Assembly (NCBI GenBank): GCA_963823335.1
Contig: CAWGLD010000001.1
Span: 704,001-768,000, forward strand
From: an uncultured delta proteobacterium
GTDB lineage: Bacteria > Desulfobacterota > Desulfobacteria > Desulfobacterales > B30-G6
Direction: 5' to 3'
Length of the DNA stretch: 64,000 nt
Shown one piece after another: positions 40,098 through 49,161 of this stretch; position 1 is the first letter of the stretch, and each line of letters begins with the position of its first letter. A program made the translations under genes and the position numbers. The notes below the pieces were generated by a model. It saw only the letters and a program-made list of their open reading frames with translations, was not told the DNA's origin and did not search any database.

Positions 40098-40138
40098 ATA
40101 AAATCGTTACACGATTTTATGAAACGCGACATGATCGC
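40098..40138 (-). repeat. Double-hairpin motif, copy 6
   Basis: Sense strand GCGAT-CAT-GTCGC GTTTC ATAAAATCGT-GTA-ACGATTTTAT, then TACTGGAGGGAG. Confidence 0.8.
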
Positions 40139-40216
40139 TATTGAAAAGGCGTAAAACCGCAAGCCGCTCAAAGCTTACAGCCCACCCTCCAAACCTGCTC
40201 TACCACCCCTCCAACC

Positions 40217-40621
40217 CTATGATCTTTCACATAACTCCACCAGCACACCATGGGTGGCTTTGGGATGCAGAAAAGCAATTTTGGCACCGCCTGCCCCTAT
40301 CCGGGGTGTTTCATCGATGAGGCGAACCCCCTTTTCCTTCAGCTCCGCCAGGGCTTCTTCGATATTGTCCACCCGAAATGCAACGTGCTGGATCCCTTCA
40401 CCCCTTTTTTCAATGTATTTGGCCACCGGTCCGTCCGGCGCCGTGGATTCCAGAAGCTCCACCTCGCTTTCGCTGACAGGGAAAAAGGCTGTGGTCACTT
40501 TCTGCTCGGTCACGGTTTCAGACCCCTCAAACGGCAGGCCTAAAATGTCCTTCCAGAATTTTTTACCCTGTTCGATACTGTTTACAGCGATGCCGAGATG
40601 GTCGATCTTTAAAATTTTCAT
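40217..40621 (-). CDS. mce: Methylmalonyl-CoA epimerase
   Basis: [21 protein letters not shown] and [14 protein letters not shown]. Confidence 0.95.
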   Translation of the reverse strand: MKILKIDHLGIAVNSIEQGKKFWKDILGLPFEGSETVTEQKVTTAFFPVSESEVELLESTAPDGPVAKYIEKRGEGIQHVAFRVDNIEEALAELKEKGVRLIDETPRIGAGGAKIAFLHPKATHGVLVELCERS

Positions 40622-40706
40622 TACGCATGCTCCTATCTTCTATTATCTATCATACATTCTTTGTTCGATGCCCTTATTGTCTCCATCAATCTTTTATGAA
40701 AATTTT

Positions 40707-40840
40707 GTCATTTGCTCCTGTGGAGCGATATTAGCTCCTGGCGGAGCGTCATTAGACTTCGTCGTCATTCATTCCTTCGGAATGTCATTAGCTTCTTCGA
40801 AGCGATATTTCGCTGCGCTGTAATTTGCTCCTTCGGAGCG
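40707..40840. repeat. Hairpin-studded repeat arm downstream of the four-helix-bundle pseudogene
   Basis: GTCATT/GATATT/GTAATT units alternating with GCTCC-N3-GGAGC-type mini-hairpins. Confidence 0.8.
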
Positions 40841-41215
40841 TTATTTATTGTTTTTTGACAACCGATTGATTGAGCTAATGTAATTATTCAGTTTTACACC
40901 AAGCATGTCTATATCTCTCAACAGACTTTGGAAATCGGTGTCGTTGATTAATTTTCGTTTGTTACCCTTTTGTCAACCAGGTTCTTGGTCTCGAACAAAG
41001 ATCCTCTGGCAAAGTAGCTGAATTGTCTTGTTTCCTTGAAATGAAATCTGCCGAATCCTTCACTGATATTGGCTGCAATACGGAATCAGCAGCTCTTATT
41101 AACTGCTTGCCGATCGTACGCTTTTGAAAAATAATCCCATTCTTCAACAAGCCCCCATATATTTTCGCCCAATTTCCATGGACAGTTGATATATTTCCAG
41201 ATCCTCAAGTTTCAA
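40841..41215 (-). pseudogene. Four-helix-bundle (23S IVP / Avd-like) gene with 5 frameshifts
   Basis: Removing 6 extra nt gives MKLEDLEIYQLSMEIGENIWGLVEEWDYFQKRTIGKQLIRAADSIAANISEGFGRFHFKETRQFSYFARGSLFETKTWLTK..., collinear with 52919-53284. Confidence 0.85.
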
Positions 41216-41242
41216 AAAATCTCCCGTTACCGATTTAACCCA

Positions 41243-41412
41243 CAATGAATGATCGACGAAGTCAAATATCGCTCCGCAGGAGCTAATTACTATCAATTAC
41301 AGCGAAGTTAAATATCGCTCCGCAGGAGCTAATTACCACAAATTACAGCGAAGCTAAATGACACGCCGTTAGGCGTTAATGTCGCTCCGAAGGAGCTAAT
41401 GACAATGAATGA
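41243..41412. repeat. Hairpin-studded repeat arm upstream of the pseudogene, inverted relative to 40707-40840
   Basis: AAATATCGCTCCGCAGGAGCTAATTAC occurs exactly at 41264 and 41310; CTAATGAC units. Confidence 0.8.
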
Positions 41413-41477
41413 CCTTGATTTTCAATGTCCCTTCGTTGGGCCTAAGTATCATCAATTTCAATGAGGCTGTTGATATC

Positions 41478-42653
41478 CTATCGATATCCGTCCATCACCC
41501 GCTTAAAGCCCGGCATGGCCTTGACGATGGTGTCATCCGCCACGCAGAAGGCGATTCGGAAATGACCAGGCCCCATAAAGCCGCTACCTGGGACAACCAG
41601 GATCAGCTCCTCCTGCAGAGCTCTCACGAAGGCCACATCATCGGGGATGGGTGCTTTGGGAAAAAGATAAAATGCGCCGGGAGGTGTGATAAAATCATAG
41701 CCGCATTCCCGCAGGCCATCACACAACAGGTCCCGTTTACGCTTGTACAGGGACACATCCACACTCATCCCCTGCATTTCCGCCACCACCCGCTGCATCA
41801 GTGCCGGAGCGTTGACAAACCCGATAATGCGATTGGTCAGGGCCATGGCATTCATCAGGTCAGCTCTGTAGTCAGCCTGGGGATTGATTATGGTAAAGCC
41901 GATCCGTTCGCCGGGGATGGAGATGTCTTTTGAATAGGATGTTGCCATAATGCTGTTGCTGTAGCTGTCAAATATACAGGGTACGTGGGCATCATCGTAG
42001 ATTATTTTTCGATACGGCTCGTCCGCCACCAGGTAAATCGTTCTCTTAAACTGTGCGCTCTTTTCCTTCAAGAGCAGACCCAGGGCATCCAGACTGTCCT
42101 TGGAATAGACCTGCCCGGTGGGGTTGTTGGGTGAATTGATCAGAACAACTTTGGTCTTTTCGGTGACAGCGGTTGTCATGGCCTCCAGGTCCAGTGAAAA
42201 ATCGTCGCGGGTGGGCACGGTTTTAAAGACACCACCGTGGTTGTCGGTATAAAAATGGTATTCCACGAAACAGGGCTTTGGAGAAAGAACTTCATCACCC
42301 GGATCCAGTACTGCCTTGAGGATGATGTTCAAGGCACCGGCAGCACCGCAGGTCATGACCACATCATTTGCCGTAACGGAAACTCCCTGATCCCGCGAGA
42401 TATATTCAGCGATCTTTTCTCTGACATGGGGATAGCCTGCCTGGGGCATGTACCCATGCCCGCCGGTTTCCTTTACAATGTTTCTGAGGATCTGATCGAA
42501 TTTTTCCGGGGGTTCCAGGTTTGGATTTCCCAGACTGAAATCAAACACTTTTTCAGCTCCGTGTTCCGCTTTGAGGCGGGCGCCCTCCTCAAACATTTTT
42601 CGAATCCAGGATGACCTGGTCATAAACGCTTCGATTTTTTTGGAAATGGTCAT
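41478..42653 (-). CDS. PLP-dependent aminotransferase class I/II (aspartate aminotransferase-like)
   Basis: DFSLGNP, INSPNNPTG, DEPY and SYSKDISIPGERIG. Confidence 0.93.
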   Translation of the reverse strand: MTISKKIEAFMTRSSWIRKMFEEGARLKAEHGAEKVFDFSLGNPNLEPPEKFDQILRNIVKETGGHGYMPQAGYPHVREKIAEYISRDQGVSVTANDVVMTCGAAGALNIILKAVLDPGDEVLSPKPCFVEYHFYTDNHGGVFKTVPTRDDFSLDLEAMTTAVTEKTKVVLINSPNNPTGQVYSKDSLDALGLLLKEKSAQFKRTIYLVADEPYRKIIYDDAHVPCIFDSYSNSIMATSYSKDISIPGERIGFTIINPQADYRADLMNAMALTNRIIGFVNAPALMQRVVAEMQGMSVDVSLYKRKRDLLCDGLRECGYDFITPPGAFYLFPKAPIPDDVAFVRALQEELILVVPGSGFMGPGHFRIAFCVADDTIVKAMPGFKRVMDGYR

Positions 42654-42666
42654 TTACTTTACCTCC

Positions 42667-42707
42667 ATAAATTCGCTGCGCGACTTTATTTGACGCGACG
42701 GTGTCGC
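42667..42707 (-). repeat. Double-hairpin motif, copy 7
   Basis: Sense strand GCGAC-ACC-GTCGC GTCAA ATAAAGTCGC-GCA-GCGAATTTAT, then GGAGGT. Confidence 0.8.
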
Positions 42708-42764
42708 TTATTTATTATAAATTCCGGGCCCATAAACCAAGTCAAGGTAAGACGCTAAGACTGA

Positions 42765-42948
42765 TGGATGATCCCTGAACGCCTGTGAAACTGTTTGAGT
42801 TCTTTAGTGCCTGTTATGCAGAACAGCATGATACTTATCGTATGGATTGAAATATAGCTGCTCAAACCGAAACTGTCTTTAAATTTTGGCTTTGTTCGGC
42901 ATTACAGACACTTTAGAACGAGTTTTTCACAGTCGAGCAGGGATTATC
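42765..42948. mobile_element. MITE-like element with long imperfect inverted ends; related one-ended copy at 48741-48872
   Basis: Left end TGGATGATCCCTGAACGCCTGTGAAA versus right-end reverse complement TGGATAATCCCTGCTCGACTGTGAAA. Confidence 0.7.
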
Positions 42949-43005
42949 CAAGCGGTCGCAATATTCCCCTTCTTTTCGTTTATAGTTCCGTAAATATTTG
43001 GACTA

Positions 43006-43224
43006 TTATGCTGGTACCACTGCCGTCACTTCCGGAATCTTATCTTTCAAAACCTTCTCGATGCCGTTTCGCAGGGTCATCTGCGACATGGGACACCCGG
43101 CACATGCACCCTGAAGCCTCACTTTGACAACCCCCCCGTCGATGCTCACCAGTTCTACATTCCCCCCATCCCTCATGAGCATGGGTCTGATCTCGTCCAG
43201 TACTTTTTCGACTTTTTCCTTCAT
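43006..43224 (-). CDS. NifU/NfuA C-terminal-domain Fe-S scaffold protein
   Basis: [14 protein letters not shown] and [15 protein letters not shown]. Confidence 0.93.
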   Translation of the reverse strand: MKEKVEKVLDEIRPMLMRDGGNVELVSIDGGVVKVRLQGACAGCPMSQMTLRNGIEKVLKDKIPEVTAVVPA

Positions 43225-43329
43225 GACAACCCCCTTCAATAGCTAAAGACACAAATCACAATACACAAACTCCAAATTAATGCCGCCCCTCAGTTGTGTC
43301 TCGCTCAAAATCAAAGAACAAGACCTTTT

Positions 43330-43401
43330 ATCACGAAAACACGAAATCTCGAAATAGATCAAAAATATTTTCGTGCTTTCTAAATTTCGTGTTTTCGTGA
43401 T
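43330..43401. repeat. Family A hairpin repeat
   Basis: ATCACGAAAACACGAAAT...ATTTCGTGTTTTCGTGAT. Confidence 0.85.
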
Positions 43402-43465
43402 TGGGTATATTTTTTTCTTTTCAAAACAGAGAGACTATCTATCCAATACGATAGAATGTTATGTG

Positions 43466-44614
43466 TTATCCAGATTCTCTTTTGTCATAAAAATCTTTTT
43501 TAAAGGCTTCATACCTGTCCCCCTGGATTGCCACACGGATCTGCTTCACCAGGTCCAGATAATAATGAAGATTGTGGAGCGTGTTCAATCGGTATGCCAA
43601 CAGTTCCCGGGCCTGATATAAGTGCCGCAGGTATGCTCTGGAATAATGCGTACAGGTGTAACACGCGCATCCATCGTCAACAGGATTTGTATCGTACTTA
43701 AACCGGGAATTGCAAATGTTAATTGTGCCCGAATGGGTGAAAAGCTGCCCGTTCCTGGCATTTCTGGTGGGTATGACACAGTCGAACATATCCGCTCCCA
43801 TGCCCACCAGCTCCACGATATCCTCAGGTGTCCCCACCCCCATGATATACCTCGGCAGGTGGTCCGGGAGACGCGGAATCGTCCAGGCGGACATCTCGCG
43901 CATAAGATCCTTGGGTTCCCCGACACTCAATCCACCCACGGCATAACCTGGAAATCCGATTTCCATCAGGTCCGCCAGTGATTTTTGGCGCAGATCTTTG
44001 TACATGCCGCCCTGAACGATACCGAACAATGCACCTCCGGTTTTGTTTTCGTTCCAGGCGGTCTTACAGCGCCTGGCCCAGCGGGTCGTAAGCTCAAGGG
44101 CCTCTAAGGTCTCGCCCCTGTCTGCAGGATAGCGGGTGCACTGATCCAGGCACATGATAATATCCGAATCAAGGCAGAACTGAACCTGCATGGATTTTTC
44201 AGGGGAAAGCAGGTGGCGGGAACCATCGAGATGCGACTGAAACGCGTAGCCCTCCTCTGTTATCTTGGCCAGCTTGGCCAGGGAAAAAAGCTGAAAGCCA
44301 CCGCTGTCGGTCAAAATAGGTCCTTGCCAATGCATGAAGCGGTGGAGCCCTGAAAAAAGATCGATAATGTCACAACCCGGTCTGAGATAGAGGTGGTAGG
44401 TATTGCCCAGAATGATTTGTGCGCCACAGGCAGACAACTCCTCCGGTGTTACCGACTTGACCGACCCCAGGGTACCCACCGGCATGAAGATGGGTGTTTC
44501 GATGTTACCATGGGACGTTTGGATGATGCCTGTTCTGGCGCTGGTTTCTGATGAGCTATGTATGCGTTTAAAAGAAAACATAAGCCGGTTTGCTTCCCAT
44601 CTGTTTTTACTCAT
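43466..44614 (-). CDS. tgt: tRNA-guanine transglycosylase
   Basis: TPIFMPVGT, LGNTYHL, LTDSGGFQ, GLSVGE, DMFDCVIPTR and Zn motif CACYTC...HNL. Confidence 0.97.
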   Translation of the reverse strand: MSKNRWEANRLMFSFKRIHSSSETSARTGIIQTSHGNIETPIFMPVGTLGSVKSVTPEELSACGAQIILGNTYHLYLRPGCDIIDLFSGLHRFMHWQGPILTDSGGFQLFSLAKLAKITEEGYAFQSHLDGSRHLLSPEKSMQVQFCLDSDIIMCLDQCTRYPADRGETLEALELTTRWARRCKTAWNENKTGGALFGIVQGGMYKDLRQKSLADLMEIGFPGYAVGGLSVGEPKDLMREMSAWTIPRLPDHLPRYIMGVGTPEDIVELVGMGADMFDCVIPTRNARNGQLFTHSGTINICNSRFKYDTNPVDDGCACYTCTHYSRAYLRHLYQARELLAYRLNTLHNLHYYLDLVKQIRVAIQGDRYEAFKKDFYDKRESG

Positions 44615-44643
44615 TGTTATTACTTAAGAATTTTGTTCAAAAC

Positions 44644-44838
44644 GAACCGCAGAATGTCGAACAAGGAATATCGAATTTCGAAGTGTTTTCTATTACTTCT
44701 GCAGTTCAAAATTTCTTGTTCGATATTCGATATTTCCTTTAAATTGATAAGATCATTAACGTTAATGCAATTGGGCAAAAGCCAGATCTAAGGGCTTACC
44801 CCTCGAACCCTTGTATCACCCTTCAACCCTCAAACCCT
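44644..44838. repeat. GAATATCGAA-family repeat (inverted copy of 3976-4123) followed by a CCCTCGAA array
   Basis: See 3976-4123; CCCCTCGAACCCTTGTATCACCCTTCAACCCTCAAACCC at 44799-44837. Confidence 0.8.
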
Positions 44839-44840
44839 TT

Positions 44841-45896
44841 CTATTGAATCAACATCGCATCCCCATAGCTGTAAAATCGATACTTCTCCTGGATGGCGGT
44901 TTGATAGGCGGCAAGGATATTGTTTCTTCCCGCAAAGGCCGATACCAGCATGAGCAGGGTCGATTTTGGCAGATGGAAATTGGTTATCATGGCATCGATG
45001 GCCCTAAACCGGTAGCCAGGATAAATAAACAGATCACATGGCCCGGTCATGGATCTCATGTTGCCGTCATCATCACTGGCAAACTCCAGGGTTCGAACAG
45101 AGGTCGTCCCCACAGCCACCACCCGCCGACCCTCTTGCCTGGCACGGGAAATTGTTTCTGCGGTCTTTTTTGGAATCGAGAACCATTCTGAATGCATACG
45201 ATGGGCCCGGATATCTGCCACCCGGACAGGCAAAAAAGTCCCATGTCCCACATGCAAGGTAATCGGCGCCAGAGTAACGCCTTTGTCCCTGAGCCGGTTC
45301 ATGAGCGTTTCCGTAAAATGAAACCCGGCCGTAGGTGCGGCGACAGCACCTTTTTGAGACGCATAGACCGTCTGGTACGTTGTGCTGTCATCCCTTTCGC
45401 ATTGCGCCCCCTCCCGTTTGATATACGGCGGCAGGGGTGTCTGACCGATCCTGTCCAGTACCGACTCAAAATCACCCTCACACGAAAAAGACAGCGTGTA
45501 AATGTCGTCCCTCCTGTCCACTACCTGCGCCGTCACCCCTTGCGAAAAATACAACCGGGTGCCGATTCGGGTCCGTTTGGATGATTTCAACAGGCAGTCA
45601 AACTGATTCCCATCGGCGGAAGACCGCATGCCTGAAGCATAGTTCACTATCAGCGCTTCTACACGCCCGCCACTTTCTTTTTTGCCCACGATTCGACCGG
45701 GGATCACCCGGGTATTGTTTACCACCAGCACGTCAGACGGTTCCAGAAACGTTTCCAGTTCATGAAATTCCCGATGGGAAAGACTTCCGGTGCTGCGATC
45801 CATCACCAGGAGTCTGGAATGATCTCTTTGCTGCAGGGGTTGCTGTGCAATCAAGTGTTCAGGCAGGTGATAGTGATAATCTTCTATGGAAAACAT
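44841..45896 (-). CDS. queA: S-adenosylmethionine:tRNA ribosyltransferase-isomerase
   Basis: LPEHLIAQ, PLPPYI, YQTVYA, AAPTAG, TNFHLPKSTL and YRFYSYGDAMLI. Confidence 0.97.
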   Translation of the reverse strand: MFSIEDYHYHLPEHLIAQQPLQQRDHSRLLVMDRSTGSLSHREFHELETFLEPSDVLVVNNTRVIPGRIVGKKESGGRVEALIVNYASGMRSSADGNQFDCLLKSSKRTRIGTRLYFSQGVTAQVVDRRDDIYTLSFSCEGDFESVLDRIGQTPLPPYIKREGAQCERDDSTTYQTVYASQKGAVAAPTAGFHFTETLMNRLRDKGVTLAPITLHVGHGTFLPVRVADIRAHRMHSEWFSIPKKTAETISRARQEGRRVVAVGTTSVRTLEFASDDDGNMRSMTGPCDLFIYPGYRFRAIDAMITNFHLPKSTLLMLVSAFAGRNNILAAYQTAIQEKYRFYSYGDAMLIQ

Positions 45897-45974
45897 GGGT
45901 CGTTTATCGTGTTTAGTGTTTCGTGTTTGGTCCGCTGTATGTCAAGCCTGGTTGTTTTCTGATAATAGTAACTC

Positions 45975-46073
45975 ATCACGAAAGCACGCACGAAGTATCC
46001 GTAAAGGATAAATCTGGAAAACACGAACTTTGATTTAGTTTTTCGTGCTTTCGTCCTTTCGTGTTTTCGTGAT
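45975..46073. repeat. Family A hairpin repeat with an inserted mini-hairpin
   Basis: ATCACGAAAGCACG[CACGAAGTATCCGTAAAGGAT]...TTTCGTGTTTTCGTGAT. Confidence 0.8.
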
Positions 46074-46085
46074 GAACGTTCTTAT

Positions 46086-46228
46086 TTGAAGAACCTCGCA
46101 GCAAGCTACGAGGAATGTTCTGCCGTACGGCAGTGCTGCGCATCGACCGTAAGGAATTCTGTCTAATTTAGATTCGCTCGCTAACCCCGCAGCAAGCTAC
46201 GGGGAATGCGCTCGCTGTTGCGGTTCAA
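46086..46228. mobile_element. MITE/REP-like element, copy 2
   Basis: Reverse complement of 15468-15634, 24 nt shorter. Confidence 0.8.
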
Positions 46229-46230
46229 TG

Positions 46231-46416
46231 TTAGCGCTTTCCGATATATACCAAAAAGAGACCCAGACCCATAAGAATCAGGCCGGTACGTCGCAACTGC
46301 AGGTCCGGCATTTCAATTACCTTTCGAACCCAGACCTTCATCTTGTCCGGAAATGCAAAATAGGGGATTCCTTCAACAATCATGACCATGCCCAGAACGC
46401 ACAGGAAAAATTCCAT
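46231..46416 (-). CDS. DUF2065 small membrane protein
   Basis: MEFFLCVLGMVMIVEGIPYFAFP...LRRTG; GAGGAG SD. Confidence 0.85.
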   Translation of the reverse strand: MEFFLCVLGMVMIVEGIPYFAFPDKMKVWVRKVIEMPDLQLRRTGLILMGLGLFLVYIGKR

Positions 46417-46544
46417 TCTCCTCCTCTTTGACACCTTGATTGATCTGTCTCGTGGGCTCTATAGAGCGTTAAACAGGACACTGTCAAACAACCGCTCGAA
46501 CTTGTAAACTTTTTTTATATCGTCTATGCATTGTTATTGTCAAA

Positions 46545-46585
46545 ATAAAATCGTGGTACGATTTTATCTGGCGCGGCTACGCCGC
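46545..46585 (-). repeat. Double-hairpin motif, copy 8 (followed by a TTGACA -35-like box)
   Basis: Minus strand GCGGC-GTA-GCCGC GCCAG ATAAAATCGT-ACC-ACGATTTTAT TTTGACA. Confidence 0.8.
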
Positions 46586-46674
46586 TATGACTCTAATTAC
46601 ATGATTTACATAAATTGCTTAGAGTGTCTATTCTTTACAATACTGGGTATTGATGATAAATTAGTTGGATTCTC

Positions 46675-46887
46675 ATGGAGCGATTGATGAAATCAGACAG
46701 ACTGGATAAAATAGCCGTTCAGATTTTCAAAATGGACGAAGCGCCAACGGATTTTACATACTGGCAAGCGCGGCCCTATGAAGAGCGCCTGGCTGCGTTG
46801 GAATCCATCCGAAACGATTACATAAAGTGGGCATATGATATTCAACCAGGATTTCAGAGAGTTTATCGAATCGTTAAACAAGCATAA
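46675..46887 (+). CDS. Small hypothetical protein, probable partner of the nucleotidyltransferase remnant
   Basis: DFTYWQARPYEERLAALESIR...FQRVYRIVK; overlaps the start of the remnant. Confidence 0.65.
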   Translation: MERLMKSDRLDKIAVQIFKMDEAPTDFTYWQARPYEERLAALESIRNDYIKWAYDIQPGFQRVYRIVKQA

Positions 46888-47024
46888 CGTCCGATTATGC
46901 TTCACGAGAAGAGATTGATATAGAGGGATTAAAAGTCAACCTAATCGATCTTAACCACTTGAAAATAAATAAAATAGCAACCGGCCGGCACCAGGACCTG
47001 GCTGACCTGGAAAACCTAACATAG
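46835..47024 (+). pseudogene. Internally deleted nucleotidyltransferase-family gene
   Basis: MIFNQDFREFIESLNKHNVR joined out of frame to YASREEIDIEGLKVNLIDLNHLKINKIATGRHQDLADLENLT*. Confidence 0.7.
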
Positions 47025-47035
47025 AAGTTCTTCTC

Positions 47036-47100
47036 ATCACGAAAACATGAATCAATTTTTAATCCTTTTTCGTGTTTTCGTCCTTTTGTGTTTTCGTGAT
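47036..47100. repeat. Family A hairpin repeat
   Basis: ATCACGAAAACATGAA...TTGTGTTTTCGTGAT. Confidence 0.8.
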
Positions 47101-47124
47101 AAAAATTATAAAACAGGATAAGAT

Positions 47125-48561
47125 ATGCATTTTGAACCCGTTATCGGGCTGGAAGTCCACGCCCAGCTGAAAACCAACACCAAGATATTCTGCAGTTGCT
47201 CCACCGAATTCGGTGCCCTCCCCAACACCCACATCTGCCCTGTATGTCTCGGCATGCCGGGCGTTCTGCCGGTTCTCAACAAAAAGGTCGTGGACTTTAC
47301 CCTGCGCATGGCAGTGGCCACCCATTGCGCCATCGACCGGGTCAGCCGCTTTGCCAGGAAAAACTATTTTTACCCGGACCTTCCCAAAGGATACCAGATT
47401 TCCCAGTACGAGCTTCCCATTGCCCAGCACGGGTTTGTCCACATCCAGATGGACGACATCCGCAAACGGATCGGCATCACACGCATTCACATGGAGGAAG
47501 ATGCCGGAAAACTGATTCACGACCCCCACAGACCCGTCAGCAAAGTCGATTTCAACCGCACCGGTGTGCCCCTGATGGAAATCGTCAGCGAACCGGATCT
47601 TCGATCCCCCCGGGAAGCCGGCGCCTACCTGAGACAACTGCGCTCCATTGTCCGCTATCTCGAAGTCAGCGACGGGAATCTGGAAGAGGGCAGTTTCCGC
47701 TGTGATGCCAATGTCTCCATCATGCCGCAGGGCTCTGCGGAATTTGGAACGCGTGCTGAAATCAAGAATCTAAACTCTTTCAAGCACGTGGAAAAAGCGC
47801 TTCAATACGAAATCGAGCGTCAGAAAGAACTTCTGCTGGACAATGGCAAGGTCGTCCAGGAGACCCGGCTCTGGGATGCCGACAAGGGCAGGACCTTTTC
47901 CATGCGCGGCAAGGAAGATGCCCACGATTACCGTTATTTTCCAGACCCTGACCTGCTGCCCCTGGTCATCGATGAAGACTGGATCGAGACCGTCAGGCGC
48001 GCCCTTCCCGAGCTTCCCGATGAAAAGCAGGATCGCTTCAGGACGACCTATGGGCTCTCGGACTACGATGCAGACCTGTTGACCACCAGCCGCGAGATGG
48101 CCGACTATTTTGAAGCCTGCCTGGCACTTTTCGATCAGCCCAAGCAGGTCAGCAACTGGGTCACAGGCCCCCTGCTGGGGCTTTTGAATGCGCAGGCAAC
48201 AGATATTTCCAGCACCCCCATATCCCCACCGATGCTGGCAGAGCTGCTGCAGCTCATCGATGAAGGCACCATCAGCACCACCATTGCCAGAACTGTTTTC
48301 GAAGAGATGGCGACCTCGGGAAAACCCGCCCGGCAGATCGTGGCGGACAAAGGCCTGGTGCAGGTCACGGATACCGGGGCCATCGAAACGGTGGTCCGGA
48401 ACGTGCTGTCCCGGTCTGAAAAGGAAGTGGCGGCCTACAGGAACGGCAAGACCAAGCTCATGGGATTCTTTGTGGGCCAGGTCATGCGGGAAACCAAAGG
48501 CAAGGCCAACCCCAAGATCGTGAACGAGATATTACGGGAAAAGCTGGGGGGTAAGAAGTAA
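47125..48561 (+). CDS. gatB: Asp/Glu-tRNA amidotransferase subunit B
   Basis: [35 protein letters not shown] and YRYFPDPDL. Confidence 0.98.
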   Translation: MHFEPVIGLEVHAQLKTNTKIFCSCSTEFGALPNTHICPVCLGMPGVLPVLNKKVVDFTLRMAVATHCAIDRVSRFARKNYFYPDLPKGYQISQYELPIAQHGFVHIQMDDIRKRIGITRIHMEEDAGKLIHDPHRPVSKVDFNRTGVPLMEIVSEPDLRSPREAGAYLRQLRSIVRYLEVSDGNLEEGSFRCDANVSIMPQGSAEFGTRAEIKNLNSFKHVEKALQYEIERQKELLLDNGKVVQETRLWDADKGRTFSMRGKEDAHDYRYFPDPDLLPLVIDEDWIETVRRALPELPDEKQDRFRTTYGLSDYDADLLTTSREMADYFEACLALFDQPKQVSNWVTGPLLGLLNAQATDISSTPISPPMLAELLQLIDEGTISTTIARTVFEEMATSGKPARQIVADKGLVQVTDTGAIETVVRNVLSRSEKEVAAYRNGKTKLMGFFVGQVMRETKGKANPKIVNEILREKLGGKK

Positions 48562-48740
48562 AAGCGATTGAATCACGAAAACACGAAAAAAAACCTTAAA
48601 AAATCGGAGAGATTCCTCTCTGTTGTTTGAAATACTCCGAAGAAAGTTCTTCGATATCATTTGAAATCTTTATATTATTTTTCAATTATGATAATGATTT
48701 TCGGAACTATCTACAAAAAGAAGCGCCCTCTCGCGACGGC

Positions 48741-48872
48741 TGGACAATCCCTGTTCGACGGTGAAAAACGCGTTCTAAAGTGCTTGTAATACCGAACAGA
48801 GCCTCAATTTAAAGACAATTAGTGCGTTAAGCAGGCATATTTCAATTCATGCGATACTTATCATGCGGTTAG
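48741..48872. mobile_element. One-ended copy of the 42765-42948 MITE-like element
   Basis: TGGACAATCCCTGTTCGACGGTGAAAAACGCGTTCTAAAGTG... aligns with the reverse complement of 42815-42948. Confidence 0.7.
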
Positions 48873-48896
48873 ACAATACCAACGGAAAGATGCCAA

Positions 48897-48983
48897 ATGA
48901 AACATGATTATAAAAGAGTACTAGTGACGGGAGGCGCCGGGTTTCTTGGATCACATCTTTGTGAAAGGTAGCTGAAAGACGGG
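48897..48983 (+). pseudogene. N-terminal fragment of an NAD-dependent epimerase/dehydratase (UDP-glucuronate decarboxylase-like)
   Basis: [28 protein letters not shown], with no continuation. Confidence 0.75.
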
Positions 48984-49091
48984 ATGTTTGCACTCTTCAG
49001 TATTGTCTGGTTTCGTTTTTTTGACTAAAACCTGAACCGAGCGATTTTTCCCGAAGAGATGGGCCGAGATCTTGATGGAGGAGGGTTCGTA

Positions 49092-49127
49092 AAATAAAGA
49101 GCCCGCCAAAAGGCGGGCTCTTTATTT
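49092..49127. terminator. Bidirectional Rho-independent terminator
   Basis: AAATAAAAGAGCCCGCC-AAAA-GGCGGGCTCTTTATTT. Confidence 0.85.
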
Positions 49128-49161
49128 GTTTTACAACACTTCCGAGTCGAAATAAAAAGGA

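Noticed and set aside
40081-40216. Cobalamin riboswitch upstream of scpA
   Set aside because: Too short, no B12-box, and occupied by the double-hairpin motif and an 8-mer array.
41243-41412. CRISPR-like array (27-bp exact repeat, 46-bp period)
   Set aside because: Only two exact copies, the spacers resemble each other, there are no cas genes, and it is better explained as a cassette arm.
45897-45975. preQ1 riboswitch upstream of queA
   Set aside because: No preQ1 consensus; the region is a CA-rich repeat arm.
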